DNA of 37,362 bases, from the IMG/VR virus record IMGVR_UViG_3300022670_000254, positions 1 to 37,362 of that record; one strand, given 5' to 3'. This DNA is from a virus (lineage: Duplodnaviria > Caudoviricetes). A program made the position numbers and the translations under genes. This document shows positions 7,419-16,067 of this stretch, piece by piece. Positions within the stretch are counted from its first letter, which is position 1, and every line of letters starts with the position of its first letter. The notes beneath the pieces are model-generated. The model did no database searches. It was given only the letters and a program-made list of their open reading frames with translations, and was not told where the DNA came from.

Positions 7419-7461
7419 TTGTTTAGTCCTTATATGAGAGTTTTGAAATCGCCTTATTTTT

Positions 7462-7510
7462 AGAAGTGTAAATGATTAGTGTTGACATGTCAAGAGAAGT
7501 GTAATAGGTT
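7462..7510. promoter_or_regulatory. Divergent sigma70-type promoters sharing the palindrome TTGACATGTCAA
   Basis: Plus strand: TTGACA 7482-7487, 17 bp, TAGGTT. Minus strand: TTGACA 7493-7488, 17 bp, TACACT. AGAAGTGTAA repeated at 7462 and 7495. Confidence 0.75.
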
Positions 7511-7563
7511 TGTGGAAATTAATCAACAAACGCCCAATACTTAACGGGCAACGGGAGAATGAA

Positions 7564-8436
7564 ATGATCAGAGTTTACGAAATGGAAGATGGACAATTCC
7601 TATTAAAGAATTTTTCTTTGCAAAGTTGGCCCTCTAAAACAATTTATTATGTTGGCGGCGAAAAAGAAGTAGAGGTTGTTGGGAAAAGTTTAATTTGCCC
7701 TCAATGGAAAGGCTGCTTCGTTGGGCGGTGGTCAACAAATGAAACCGTTGGATATAAATATAAATCAAATGGTTCTACTATTTCAGTAGAAAAATATAAT
7801 GAAAAATATAAACGACTTCATTTTAATAAAACTAATGATGACGGGTACTTTGGTGATGTGGATGATGAATATAAATATAAGAAATTTGCGCAATCAATAG
7901 AGGCTGTCATTGAAAAGAAAGACCACCAAATCACTGTTTCTAATGATGAATTTGTATTTTGCGGATATGTGAATAAAAATGAGAAATTCATCGAACCTGT
8001 TATCAATATGGACAAAAGATTTGATAATGGGTGGTTTGATTTTAACCGCGATCTTGCTATGAAAACATTTTTTCTTGAACTTTGCAAAGAGTATGATTTG
8101 GAGAGTGACTTAGGTTCACATAATAATTGTGGTCTTGAATTTGCTAAGGCTGATGGAGATTATTTTACTATTTCTTTTCATTGCGATCCTTCACTTCATC
8201 CTAAGAATTTCAAAGGATTTAAAAACAGATTTCAAACTTTCCACGGTCCATTTAGTTCATGCATACAAGAGCGCGACGATCTTTTTAAATATATAAAAAG
8301 TGGTTTTCAATATTATGCAAATAAGAAAAATGGTGTCGTAGATTACGAGCAATTAATCAAACTTTTGGGCCAAGTTAAGTTAAATAAAATGACACTTGAA
8401 GAGCTTGAAAAAAGATTGAAGTACACACCAGTATAA
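7564..8436 (+). CDS. Hypothetical early protein (probable start MIRVY)
   Basis: Long ORF; GGGAG RBS before ATG at 7564. Confidence 0.8.
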   Translation: MIRVYEMEDGQFLLKNFSLQSWPSKTIYYVGGEKEVEVVGKSLICPQWKGCFVGRWSTNETVGYKYKSNGSTISVEKYNEKYKRLHFNKTNDDGYFGDVDDEYKYKKFAQSIEAVIEKKDHQITVSNDEFVFCGYVNKNEKFIEPVINMDKRFDNGWFDFNRDLAMKTFFLELCKEYDLESDLGSHNNCGLEFAKADGDYFTISFHCDPSLHPKNFKGFKNRFQTFHGPFSSCIQERDDLFKYIKSGFQYYANKKNGVVDYEQLIKLLGQVKLNKMTLEELEKRLKYTPV

Positions 8437-8470
8437 ATAGTTTTTAAACGCCCATGAAAGGGGACACACT

Positions 8471-8665
8471 ATGACTTACGCAGTAATATCAGCCGACACA
8501 GGAAAAGAGCTAGAAGAAAAGGTTAATAATTATGAAATGCAAATGCGCCAGAAACACGGTGGTGGCGGGTTAGGTGAAAGCAGATGTTTGCGCTTTCTTG
8601 GTGGTCCTATTCAAGAGCAGATTGGGCCTGAAAAATTCATCTTGTCACAAGCTGTTCAGTATTAA
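8471..8665 (+). CDS. Small hypothetical protein (DUF1737-like)
   Basis: Y.VI.......LEEKVN...GG.......QAV pattern; GGGGA RBS. Confidence 0.55.
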   Translation: MTYAVISADTGKELEEKVNNYEMQMRQKHGGGGLGESRCLRFLGGPIQEQIGPEKFILSQAVQY

Positions 8666-8695
8666 CGCCCATCATTGACGAGGAAAGGAAATAAC

Positions 8696-8815
8696 ATGGA
8701 TTGGTATTGGATTGTATTATGTATTCTAGGAGCGTTATCATTCTTCGGATTTATAGTGAGTTTCTTTGAACCTAATTATGGCAGTGATGGTTTTAATAAC
8801 CAAAACCCAAACTAA
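8696..8815 (+). CDS. Small membrane peptide (39 aa, MDWYWIVLCILG...; not in ORF track)
   Basis: AAGGA RBS, one hydrophobic helix. Confidence 0.65.
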   Translation: MDWYWIVLCILGALSFFGFIVSFFEPNYGSDGFNNQNPN

Positions 8816-8825
8816 GGAAAACACA

Positions 8826-9035
8826 ATGGATGAGCTAGAATTAAACTGGTTAGAAAAAAGAATATTAAAAAGTATTATTAGACGCGCTGTTTTACAGGGA
8901 AGGCATGTACACAAAGTAACGGAACTTTATCGGTTAATTACCGTAGCATGGCGCAAGGAATTTACAGAAGATAACAAACCAACTGGTGATATAATGTTAG
9001 CTGAATGTCACAAGAATAGTTTAGATGGTTTTTAG
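8826..9035 (+). CDS. Hypothetical protein (probable start MDELEL)
   Basis: AAGGA RBS. Confidence 0.7.
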   Translation: MDELELNWLEKRILKSIIRRAVLQGRHVHKVTELYRLITVAWRKEFTEDNKPTGDIMLAECHKNSLDGF

Positions 9036-9075
9036 TAAACTAACGCCCATCATTGGGCAAACCTGGGAGGGTATC

Positions 9076-9192
9076 ATGCAAGAATACAAACACAGAACCG
9101 GCAAACACTATAAACACCGTGACAAGATTGGTTACATCATTGTTATTGTTTGCGTTTTAATAGCTGGATTTATGGGGGGTTCAAATGGTTAA
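9076..9192 (+). CDS. Small membrane peptide (38 aa, MQEYKHRTG...; not in ORF track)
   Basis: GGAGG RBS, basic N-terminus plus hydrophobic helix. Confidence 0.65.
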   Translation: MQEYKHRTGKHYKHRDKIGYIIVIVCVLIAGFMGGSNG

Positions 9193-9403
9193 TTTTGGAA
9201 CAGAAAGCGAGAAAGACGAATTGATCAAAGAAATGGCTGACACGCTGCAAAATATTATTGACCATGAATTTGGTGCCGGCCCTGATAATGTCAGTGAAAA
9301 CTATGTGCAACAATTGATTAAACGGGGCCGTGGGTTGTTGCTTCAAGATAAAACAGTACAGCACATAGGCAATGCATTGTTTGGTGACCTTAATGAACAT
9401 TGA
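9185..9403 (+). CDS. Hypothetical protein
   Basis: ORF in a tightly packed operon. Confidence 0.65.
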   Translation: MVNFGTESEKDELIKEMADTLQNIIDHEFGAGPDNVSENYVQQLIKRGRGLLLQDKTVQHIGNALFGDLNEH

Positions 9404-9566
9404 AGTCACATTCAAAGACAAGCGCGGGGATAACGATGTTGAGCACTTCCCCTTTGAAGCCGGCACAACGGATCTTGAAATACGCGAAACCATAAATCGA
9501 TATGTTGGCCGCCAATTTGGTCACGTTGGGATTAAAATTACAATTGATGGAGAACCTTTCGAATGA
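9393..9566 (+). CDS. Hypothetical protein (probable start MNIEV)
   Basis: GGTG RBS; ATGA overlap with the HNH gene. Confidence 0.6.
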   Translation: MNIEVTFKDKRGDNDVEHFPFEAGTTDLEIRETINRYVGRQFGHVGIKITIDGEPFE

Positions 9567-10069
9567 AACAACCACTTTCACAGCAATATTTAAAAACACA
9601 AATCAATTACGATCCGGCAACGGGTGTGTTTACTTGGATTGAGAGCAAACAAGGTAGGTATATGGGTAAGCCTGTTGGTTGTTTGTCCCTTGGATATTTA
9701 AGCATTGGGATAAATGGAAAGTTATATCAAGCCCACCGCTTAGCTTGGCTCTTCATGACAGGTTCTTTTCCTAAAGATCAAATCGACCATATTAATAATA
9801 TAAGAAATGACAACATGTGGATTAATTTACGGGAATGTAATCAGTCACAAAATTGTGCAAATACTGGTAAAAGGAAAAATAACACCAGCGGATTTAAAGG
9901 TGTTTATTGGTCAAGGAATGCTAAAAAATGGCACGCGTCAGTAAGGTTTAAAAGGAAAAATTTTCATTTGGGTTATTTCAACGACAAAATTGACGCCGCC
10001 AAAGCGTACAACGTCGCAGCAACAAAATACTTTGGCGAATTTGCCTTTCAAAATAAAATCACAGGATAA
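9563..10069 (+). CDS. HNH homing endonuclease with AP2 domain
   Basis: AHRLAW...IDHIN..RNDN...NLR, then NTSGFKGV..W.A...HLGYF....AA.AY. Confidence 0.95.
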   Translation: MKQPLSQQYLKTQINYDPATGVFTWIESKQGRYMGKPVGCLSLGYLSIGINGKLYQAHRLAWLFMTGSFPKDQIDHINNIRNDNMWINLRECNQSQNCANTGKRKNNTSGFKGVYWSRNAKKWHASVRFKRKNFHLGYFNDKIDAAKAYNVAATKYFGEFAFQNKITG

Positions 10070-10073
10070 TAAA

Positions 10074-11033
10074 ATGACTAACGAAAACATAAAAATAACT
10101 GAAGCAGGAATTTATGACATACCAGACCATGTTTATCATGCGGACCCGTGCCCAGAACCTTCATTAAGCAATTCGATTGCTAAGAAGTTAATCCAAACAA
10201 CTCCTTTACATGCGTGGTTGGCTCACCCAAGGCTTAATAAGGATTGTGAGGCAGAAAACAAGACGGCTTGGGATATTGGACGTGCAGGCCATGCTTTGAT
10301 GTTAAAAGAGCCTACTGATTTTGTAATTATAAATGATGATGCTTATAGAAAAAAGGCCACAAAAGAACAACGTGATCAAGCTTGGGCCGAACACAAAACA
10401 CCATTGTTAACCCATCAGTTCGATCAAATAAATGAAATGGTTGAAAGTGGCCGTCGTCAAATGGCTAATTCTGAAGAACTACACCCTTTTCTAGCTGAGG
10501 ATTCACAATCTGAACAGACCTTAATTTGGCAAGAAGATGGTTTATGGTTTAGGTCTAAAGCTGATAGAATTTCAAAAGATCGTATGCATATTTTTGATTA
10601 CAAAACAACTGGCGGACCTGCCCATGCTGAAAAATGGTCGTCAATTTGTTTCACTAATTTCTTTGATATGCAGGTTAAATTCTATGAAAGATTTTTCCAA
10701 GCTATGTATAATGGATTACAGCCTCAATTTAATTTCATCGTTCAAGAAATAGAACCACCATATTTATTAACCCATATTCGCCTTGATGGTATAGCACTTG
10801 AAATGGCACAAAAACGTGTTGAACATGCAATTAAAATTTGGCGTCTGTGCATGGAAAAAAATATTTGGCCGGGCTACCCAAACAAACCTGTTTATATTAG
10901 CCCACCATACGGACAAAGCCGTTCTTGGTTAGAAGCCGAGGGCAACGAAAACGCAACAATGAGATCAGACATGCTGAGATTAATGTTTGAAATGCAAGGA
11001 ACCGGAGGAAAAGAACATGACTTTAAGATTTAA
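10074..11033 (+). CDS. RecE/exonuclease VIII-like PD-(D/E)XK nuclease (DUF3799)
   Basis: GIYDIPD..YHAD..LSNS, RSKADRI, DYKTT, Q..FY, WPGY. Confidence 0.88.
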   Translation: MTNENIKITEAGIYDIPDHVYHADPCPEPSLSNSIAKKLIQTTPLHAWLAHPRLNKDCEAENKTAWDIGRAGHALMLKEPTDFVIINDDAYRKKATKEQRDQAWAEHKTPLLTHQFDQINEMVESGRRQMANSEELHPFLAEDSQSEQTLIWQEDGLWFRSKADRISKDRMHIFDYKTTGGPAHAEKWSSICFTNFFDMQVKFYERFFQAMYNGLQPQFNFIVQEIEPPYLLTHIRLDGIALEMAQKRVEHAIKIWRLCMEKNIWPGYPNKPVYISPPYGQSRSWLEAEGNENATMRSDMLRLMFEMQGTGGKEHDFKI

Positions 11034-12210
11034 ACCAGCAACAAGAAAAAACACTAAATCATTAATTGCCTTATATGCTCCATCAGGGGCAGGGAAAACT
11101 TATTCATCATTGCTTATGGCCCGTGGAATGGCAGGCGACAATGGGAAAATTGCTTTAATTGATACTGAAAATGGCAGAGGGTCACTATACGCTGACATGA
11201 TACCCGGCGGTTATGACACCTTTGAAATGCAAACACCTTTTAATTCTAGTGCCTATGTGGATGCAATCGAGACTGCTGAAAATGATAATTATGATGTTAT
11301 TGTTATTGATAGTATGTCGCACGAATGGGAAGGCATAGGTGGTGTTCTTGATCAAGCAACGGCCATTGAAAAAAGAACAGGTAAAAAAGGTCTTCATTGT
11401 TGGGGACCGCCAAAACAAGATCATTCTTTATTGATACAAAAATTATTAAGATCCAAAACAAATATAATAATTTGTTTAAGGGCTAAATATAAAAGCAAAC
11501 AAGGCAAGGATGGACGTGGTAAAACGGTAATTTTAAAAGATGATAATATTTCACCTATCCAAGCTGAAGATTTTATCTTTGAAATGACTGCTCATGCTGA
11601 AATAAGGCCCGATCACACTGTTAATTTAACAAAATGTTCACATCCTGACTTAAGGACTTGTTTCCCCACTAGCGGCCCGATCACTATTGAACATGGCAAA
11701 ATGATTGCTGAATGGTCAAAATCTGACAAGAGTGATACACCGCAATTAATGGATGAAGCCCGTAAAATATCCAAGCAGGGTGAAGAACCTTTCAGGGGCT
11801 ATTATAAAACATTGACAAAGGCACAGAAAGCCATTCTTAAAACAATCATGGATGAACTTAAACAAAATTGTATCGATGCAAATGGCGAACAAAATGATGA
11901 TAATCCGTTTAAAGAAATTCCCGCTGACCCTCCAACCTCCCAGGATGAAGAAGCGGGATCGGTGGAACCGAGTGACGTTGCCCCCAATGACACCGGTTCC
12001 ACCACCACCATTGAACCCATAACGAATAAGGATCATTGGTTGAGCGCCGGGGCAATCATTAAATCACTCAAAGAAGACTGCAACACGAATGAAGAAGTAA
12101 ACACGCTGATGACATGTCAATCTTTATCAATGGACGCCATGCCCACAAGTGACATGATGAAAATATTAAAAGCCCGTGATGCAAGGAAAAAGGAGTTGTC
12201 CGATGTCTAG
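11017..12210 (+). CDS. Sak4-like AAA ATPase (recombination)
   Basis: Walker A APSGAGKTYSSL, IDTE, Walker B VIVIDSMSHEW; follows the exonuclease. Confidence 0.88.
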   Translation: MTLRFKPATRKNTKSLIALYAPSGAGKTYSSLLMARGMAGDNGKIALIDTENGRGSLYADMIPGGYDTFEMQTPFNSSAYVDAIETAENDNYDVIVIDSMSHEWEGIGGVLDQATAIEKRTGKKGLHCWGPPKQDHSLLIQKLLRSKTNIIICLRAKYKSKQGKDGRGKTVILKDDNISPIQAEDFIFEMTAHAEIRPDHTVNLTKCSHPDLRTCFPTSGPITIEHGKMIAEWSKSDKSDTPQLMDEARKISKQGEEPFRGYYKTLTKAQKAILKTIMDELKQNCIDANGEQNDDNPFKEIPADPPTSQDEEAGSVEPSDVAPNDTGSTTTIEPITNKDHWLSAGAIIKSLKEDCNTNEEVNTLMTCQSLSMDAMPTSDMMKILKARDARKKELSDV

Positions 12211-12466
12211 TGTAAAATGCAACAGGTGCCTGATGATATTTGAAATTTTAGACGTTCCTCATGATGCAAAAAGATCAATGGTTTGTTCTGAAAATAATTG
12301 CACGAGGTCGTTTTCTGAAAAATATTCAGGAAATGAAACTAACAACAAAATCAAAATTTATCAAACGGCAATGAATGTTTCAAACACTGTTAGTGCTGCC
12401 AAGTATAGGCGTGAAAATGGATTGCCCGTTGATAATGGTGGGTGCCAAGATTTTTTAAATGTTTAA
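12203..12466 (+). CDS. Cys-rich hypothetical protein
   Basis: AAGGAG RBS; CNRC...C....C. Confidence 0.65.
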   Translation: MSSVKCNRCLMIFEILDVPHDAKRSMVCSENNCTRSFSEKYSGNETNNKIKIYQTAMNVSNTVSAAKYRRENGLPVDNGGCQDFLNV

Positions 12467-12504
12467 ATAACCGCCAATAATGGCACAAGGAAGGACTAAG
12501 TAAG

Positions 12505-12828
12505 ATGAATAACCAAGGACCAGTAGGAAATGCAAGCGGTGGAGGGGCACTACAAGCCGCGTCCGCTAGAACAACGCAAGATCCGCCACAACTTGAACAA
12601 ATAGCAAATAAAATATGTCAGTTAAACGATAGATTAAGTTTGATGGTCGAAAGGCTTTCAACAAAGAATGATAACTTATTTGGACAAACGCCAACCACAT
12701 TGGCCGATGGTAATAAGGAATTCTCACCACCGGGAGCAATTGAAAAAATAAAATTATTGTTAAATGGTTCTGAAGGTTTTGTTGAAGCAATCCAACACCA
12801 ACTGGACCGCCTAGACGACGCAATATAA
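12505..12828 (+). CDS. Hypothetical coiled-coil protein
   Basis: AAGGA RBS. Confidence 0.7.
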   Translation: MNNQGPVGNASGGGALQAASARTTQDPPQLEQIANKICQLNDRLSLMVERLSTKNDNLFGQTPTTLADGNKEFSPPGAIEKIKLLLNGSEGFVEAIQHQLDRLDDAI

Positions 12829-12845
12829 CCCCAAGGGGAACCACT

Positions 12846-13091
12846 ATGACCACAGCAAACAAATTATATTTATCAGTTATGGCCTTTATCGTTCTCGGTG
12901 GGTGCATTGTAAACTTTGGATTTGTCCCTGTTGTGGTCGTGGTGGGTTTCTTATCAATTCCGTGGTGCTGGTATTTGGTGGCAACACGAACTAGGAATTT
13001 TGGCCCTCGTTATTCACACAGGGCGGCGGTCTATAACTTTGAAGACATGACTTTTATTAGAAAAATATTCAACTTGAAGGACGGGAAATGA
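12846..13091 (+). CDS. Hypothetical membrane protein
   Basis: Two hydrophobic segments; GGGGA RBS. Confidence 0.7.
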   Translation: MTTANKLYLSVMAFIVLGGCIVNFGFVPVVVVVGFLSIPWCWYLVATRTRNFGPRYSHRAAVYNFEDMTFIRKIFNLKDGK

Positions 13092-13312
13092 TTGAAATGG
13101 ACCCTTACACATTCATAGCGGCCCTGTTATTCCAGTTTGGCGCGTATCGGTATTATTTGTATTACATGAGCCACTTGCAGCCAAGGTTTATCAATGATGA
13201 GCACCGCCAGCTTGACAGGGAACGCGAGGAGGCACGTAAAGGTCATAAACCGACTAAGTACATCACAGACAAGATAACCGCCCTTGTACGGGCAAATTTA
13301 GAGAGGAACTAA
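13088..13312 (+). CDS. Hypothetical protein
   Basis: ATGA overlap. Confidence 0.65.
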   Translation: MIEMDPYTFIAALLFQFGAYRYYLYYMSHLQPRFINDEHRQLDREREEARKGHKPTKYITDKITALVRANLERN

Positions 13313-13314
13313 AA

Positions 13315-13770
13315 ATGACTGATAACAAAAAACCAATAATTCGTATGGTTCCATTTTATGATTATGAAGATGGTCCTTTGGCTGGTTTTTATATTGAAGG
13401 CCATATTGATATGAAAAAGCCAGATGCACAAAGTATGCTTGGCATCATAATGTCACAAATGCCTAAAAGAATTGTTGATGAAACTTATTTCACCATAGGA
13501 AAAACTGACAAGGAAACCATGGATAAGAAGAATATATTGGCAATGAAAATTGCGTATGATTCCACTCCAAAACTTGTATATCGTCGTATGAAATGGTTTG
13601 AAGGTGAGGATATGGACATTGAAAAGCATGGTGGATTATTTGATAAAGTGGCTGATGATGTTGACCTTGAACAAATCTATTATGACAATTGTGAAGTAAG
13701 CGACGAACACGCCACGGCCATCACTTGTTTTTCATTCAATGAAGATTTAATTGAAAAACTATCACAGTAA
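13315..13770 (+). CDS. Hypothetical acidic protein
   Basis: GAGGA RBS. Confidence 0.75.
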   Translation: MTDNKKPIIRMVPFYDYEDGPLAGFYIEGHIDMKKPDAQSMLGIIMSQMPKRIVDETYFTIGKTDKETMDKKNILAMKIAYDSTPKLVYRRMKWFEGEDMDIEKHGGLFDKVADDVDLEQIYYDNCEVSDEHATAITCFSFNEDLIEKLSQ

Positions 13771-13772
13771 AT

Positions 13773-13801
13773 TTGACTAATTTGTAAAGTTGTTCAATAA
13801 T
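13773..13801 (+). promoter_or_regulatory. Putative sigma70 promoter
   Basis: TTGACT, 17 bp, AATAAT. Confidence 0.5.
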
Positions 13802-13845
13802 CAATCGTTAATATTAACAAACTCTAAAAAGTGAAAGGACTACAA

Positions 13846-14166
13846 ATGTTTAAACGAATGTTATCCATTATGTCAGTGATATTCGCCATGTGCCTTATGC
13901 TCATGGGGCCCGTCGCGGCAACTGATTTTAATAGCTTTGAAACCCCAATGGTGTCGGTATTCGATACAGGAATTGACCCTGGTGTTCCAATTAATGATGT
14001 TCCTAGCTTCCCGATTTTGTCGGCAGCAATTACATCTTTAGAAAAAATCCAGACACATCGCCGCTTTGACTTTGTCACAGAGCATCGCAATATTGCAGTT
14101 GGCCCTAACGTGCAAGGAGGCGGGTTTAGTTTAGCCCTTGGCTCTAAGGCAAACTTCTTTTCATAA
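13846..14166 (+). CDS. Putative secreted protein (moron-like)
   Basis: MFKRML plus hydrophobic core plus PVAA cleavage-like motif; AAGGA RBS; own promoter and terminator. Confidence 0.6.
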   Translation: MFKRMLSIMSVIFAMCLMLMGPVAATDFNSFETPMVSVFDTGIDPGVPINDVPSFPILSAAITSLEKIQTHRRFDFVTEHRNIAVGPNVQGGGFSLALGSKANFFS

Positions 14167-14196
14167 ACATAAAATTGTAAGGTGAGTATCAGAAGT

Positions 14197-14234
14197 AAAG
14201 TGACCCTTTGGAAACATCGGGTCACTTTTTTTTT
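14197..14234 (+). terminator. Intrinsic terminator of the rightward arm
   Basis: AAAGTGACCC/GGGTCACTTT stem plus T9 run. Confidence 0.85.
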
Positions 14235-14389
14235 GAAGTGTACGATATGGACGTACAGTTGAAAGGCAAAAATAAACCCTGCCATCATAGGGGTGATAGC
14301 AGGGCTCATAGTTCAGAGGGAGGAACAACCCAAATGGAGGGCATATCGTTGAAAGCATACATCTTATGACATAGTTAAAAGTTAAAGTC

Positions 14390-14424
14390 AAAAAAATGGG
14401 CCCCAACCAATTAAGGAAGGGGCC
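14390..14424 (-). terminator. Intrinsic terminator of the late/lysis operon
   Basis: GGCCCC/GGGGCC stem followed by a T run on the minus strand. Confidence 0.75.
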
Positions 14425-14444
14425 AAGTTAACAGAGAGGACAGA

Positions 14445-14756
14445 CTAAGATTTTTCTAGTGCGGCAATATCCATTTCAATATCTTTTAATCTTACTTGTA
14501 ATTCAGCAACTAAATCAGAGTTATCATCTTCTTTAGCGTGATGTATTTTATCCATAATATAACGAGCCTCAGCCCTCAATTGCCTAATTTCGTTCTGCTT
14601 ATGCTTTTCATCATTCTTTTCTTGTGCTGCTTCAACGTCAGAGGCAAGGGCAAACTTGAAATCAATATTGTATCCAAGTGTACCAAGGAAGGCGACAATC
14701 ACACCCACGGCGGCTATTTTCTTTGATATGGACAGTAATTTTGATGGTTTATTGTT
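14445..14756 (-). CDS. Membrane-anchored coiled-coil protein at the end of the lysis cassette
   Basis: One TM helix plus charged coiled coil. Confidence 0.7.
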   Translation of the reverse strand, partial: NNKPSKLLSISKKIAAVGVIVAFLGTLGYNIDFKFALASDVEAAQEKNDEKHKQNEIRQLRAEARYIMDKIHHAKEDDNSDLVAELQVRLKDIEMDIAALEKS

Positions 14757-15378
14757 CATCGTCTTCACCTTTGGTAATTTCTTTAATCAAGTCATGTAAG
14801 CCCTCAATATGATCACCTTGGGCCTTGGCGTACTCATCAACCCTGTAAAGCCATTGCAAGATTGTTATTGCGGTGTTAGGGGTAAACCCTGTGATTGACC
14901 ACTCACAGAAGTCTTTTTGATCGTCTTCACAGAGTTCTTTCCAGATTCCGGCTTGGTCTGCTGTAACGGTGAGGGAAAGGGCGACGTTGGCGAGGTAGGC
15001 TTCATTGGGAGCATTATTACAGGTTTCCCTATCACGTAAATTGGTTCCGGCTTGAATAAGGCACATGATGCGGCCAAGCTTGATATGGTAATCATCACCA
15101 AAAGACGTTGGGTCAACTTGAGCAGCTTTTGCCGCGATGTCCCTGTAACGGTCAAGTTCTGCATTGTTTGCATCGGTTTTCCTTTTTTGTTCACCTTTTA
15201 GGGTTTCAATGGCGTCAGCATGGTCTTGGGATAGGGTTGCAGTTGCTTTTGCGTATTCTAAGGACTTCTGCGTACTTACAGCGGCTACCTCGGCCTGTAC
15301 CCGCTTTTCAACCTCGCCCGTATAAAGCCAGAATAAAAAAGCAAGCATGGCACCCAATACTGCTGAGACTTGCCACAT
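14749..15378 (-). CDS. i-spanin (Rz-like)
   Basis: N-terminal TM helix, helical periplasmic region, downstream of endolysin. Confidence 0.7.
   Translation of the reverse strand: MWQVSAVLGAMLAFLFWLYTGEVEKRVQAEVAAVSTQKSLEYAKATATLSQDHADAIETLKGEQKRKTDANNAELDRYRDIAAKAAQVDPTSFGDDYHIKLGRIMCLIQAGTNLRDRETCNNAPNEAYLANVALSLTVTADQAGIWKELCEDDQKDFCEWSITGFTPNTAITILQWLYRVDEYAKAQGDHIEGLHDLIKEITKGEDDEQ
14865..15194 (-). CDS. Embedded o-spanin (Rz1-like) lipoprotein; true start probably nearer the lipobox
   Basis: Alternate frame within Rz; LLVMITISSLAASC lipobox; Pro-rich mature part. Confidence 0.65.
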   Translation of the reverse strand: MNKKGKPMQTMQNLTVTGTSRQKLLKLTQRLLVMITISSLAASCALFKPEPIYVIGKPVIMLPMKPTSPTSPFPSPLQQTKPESGKNSVKTIKKTSVSGQSQGLPLTPQ

Positions 15379-15548
15379 TAGGACTTACCATAAACCATGG
15401 CATAACCAAGAGGGAACATATAACTAGGTTTTAAGTCCATGCCCGGCATTAAATCAGGGAAAAAGAACATAGCCGTTGAAACTGCCATTAAAACAAGACC
15501 ACCCAAAACAGTGCGGCTTTGTAAGTTAATATCAAATATATTTTTCAT
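15378..15548 (-). CDS. Holin-like small membrane protein (56 aa, MKNIFDINLQSRTV...; not in ORF track)
   Basis: AAGGA RBS, two hydrophobic segments, TAATG overlap with Rz. Confidence 0.65.
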   Translation of the reverse strand: MKNIFDINLQSRTVLGGLVLMAVSTAMFFFPDLMPGMDLKPSYMFPLGYAMVYGKS

Positions 15549-15549
15549 A

Positions 15550-15963
15550 TTATAATTCCTTCATTAATCTTGATAATTTATTAGCCCTATTAGGTGTTTG
15601 TTTGGCCCAAAGTGAATCAAGCATTTCTATAGAAGCGGTTTCATAATCACCCATTTCAACAGCGCGAAGCATGTTAACAAATAACGAAACACCTCTTTTA
15701 CCCATTTGAAACGTCATAGATGCTAAAACAATTTTTACGTTATCAGGTAACAATTCAAAATTATCCACAAGACCTGTTGCGTCTTCAATTGCTTCATTAC
15801 GGTCTTCTTCAAGCATGAGCGCACAAACGGCCTCTGAGATACCTTTAGCATCAAGGTTATGGCCTATTCCAATTGTATTAAACCCACCGGAACATTTATA
15901 TAGTTCTAGTTTTTTGCCCTCGTCATCTTCAAGAACATCATCTAATTTTTGTTCAAATGTCAT
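15550..15963 (-). CDS. Endolysin, T4-type lysozyme (GH24)
   Basis: DEG..LELYKC..G..TIGIGHNL (E and T catalytic positions), FQMG, MLDSLWAKQTPNRA. Confidence 0.93.
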   Translation of the reverse strand: MTFEQKLDDVLEDDEGKKLELYKCSGGFNTIGIGHNLDAKGISEAVCALMLEEDRNEAIEDATGLVDNFELLPDNVKIVLASMTFQMGKRGVSLFVNMLRAVEMGDYETASIEMLDSLWAKQTPNRANKLSRLMKEL

Positions 15964-16067
15964 CACGGTTTCCTATTCTTATAAATAACTATCAGGGCCA
16001 AGCACATGGATATTAATAAAAACGTTCCCCATAATAATAATTTTAGAGTGTTTATGTCTTCCCACAT
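15963..16067 (-). CDS. Single-TM micropeptide (34 aa, MWEDINTLKL...; not in ORF track)
   Basis: TAATG and TGATG overlaps at both ends; hydrophobic helix with basic C-terminus. Confidence 0.6.
   Translation of the reverse strand: MWEDINTLKLLLWGTFLLISMCLALIVIYKNRKP

Larger units (their letters stand above)
7529..9059 (+). repeat. Dispersed AACGCCCA hairpin motif before ribosome binding sites (4 copies)
   Basis: Copies at 7529, 8447, 8664, 9042; TAACGCCCATCATTG is exact at 8663 and 9041. Confidence 0.8.

Noticed and set aside
13808-13828. Possible CtrA box (TTAA-N7-TAAA); similar near 19504
   Set aside because: Imperfect matches in AT-rich DNA, not distinguishable from chance by eye
13824-14309. 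161-aa minus-strand ORF
   Set aside because: Runs across terminator hairpins and opposes a plus-strand ORF that has an RBS, promoter and signal peptide
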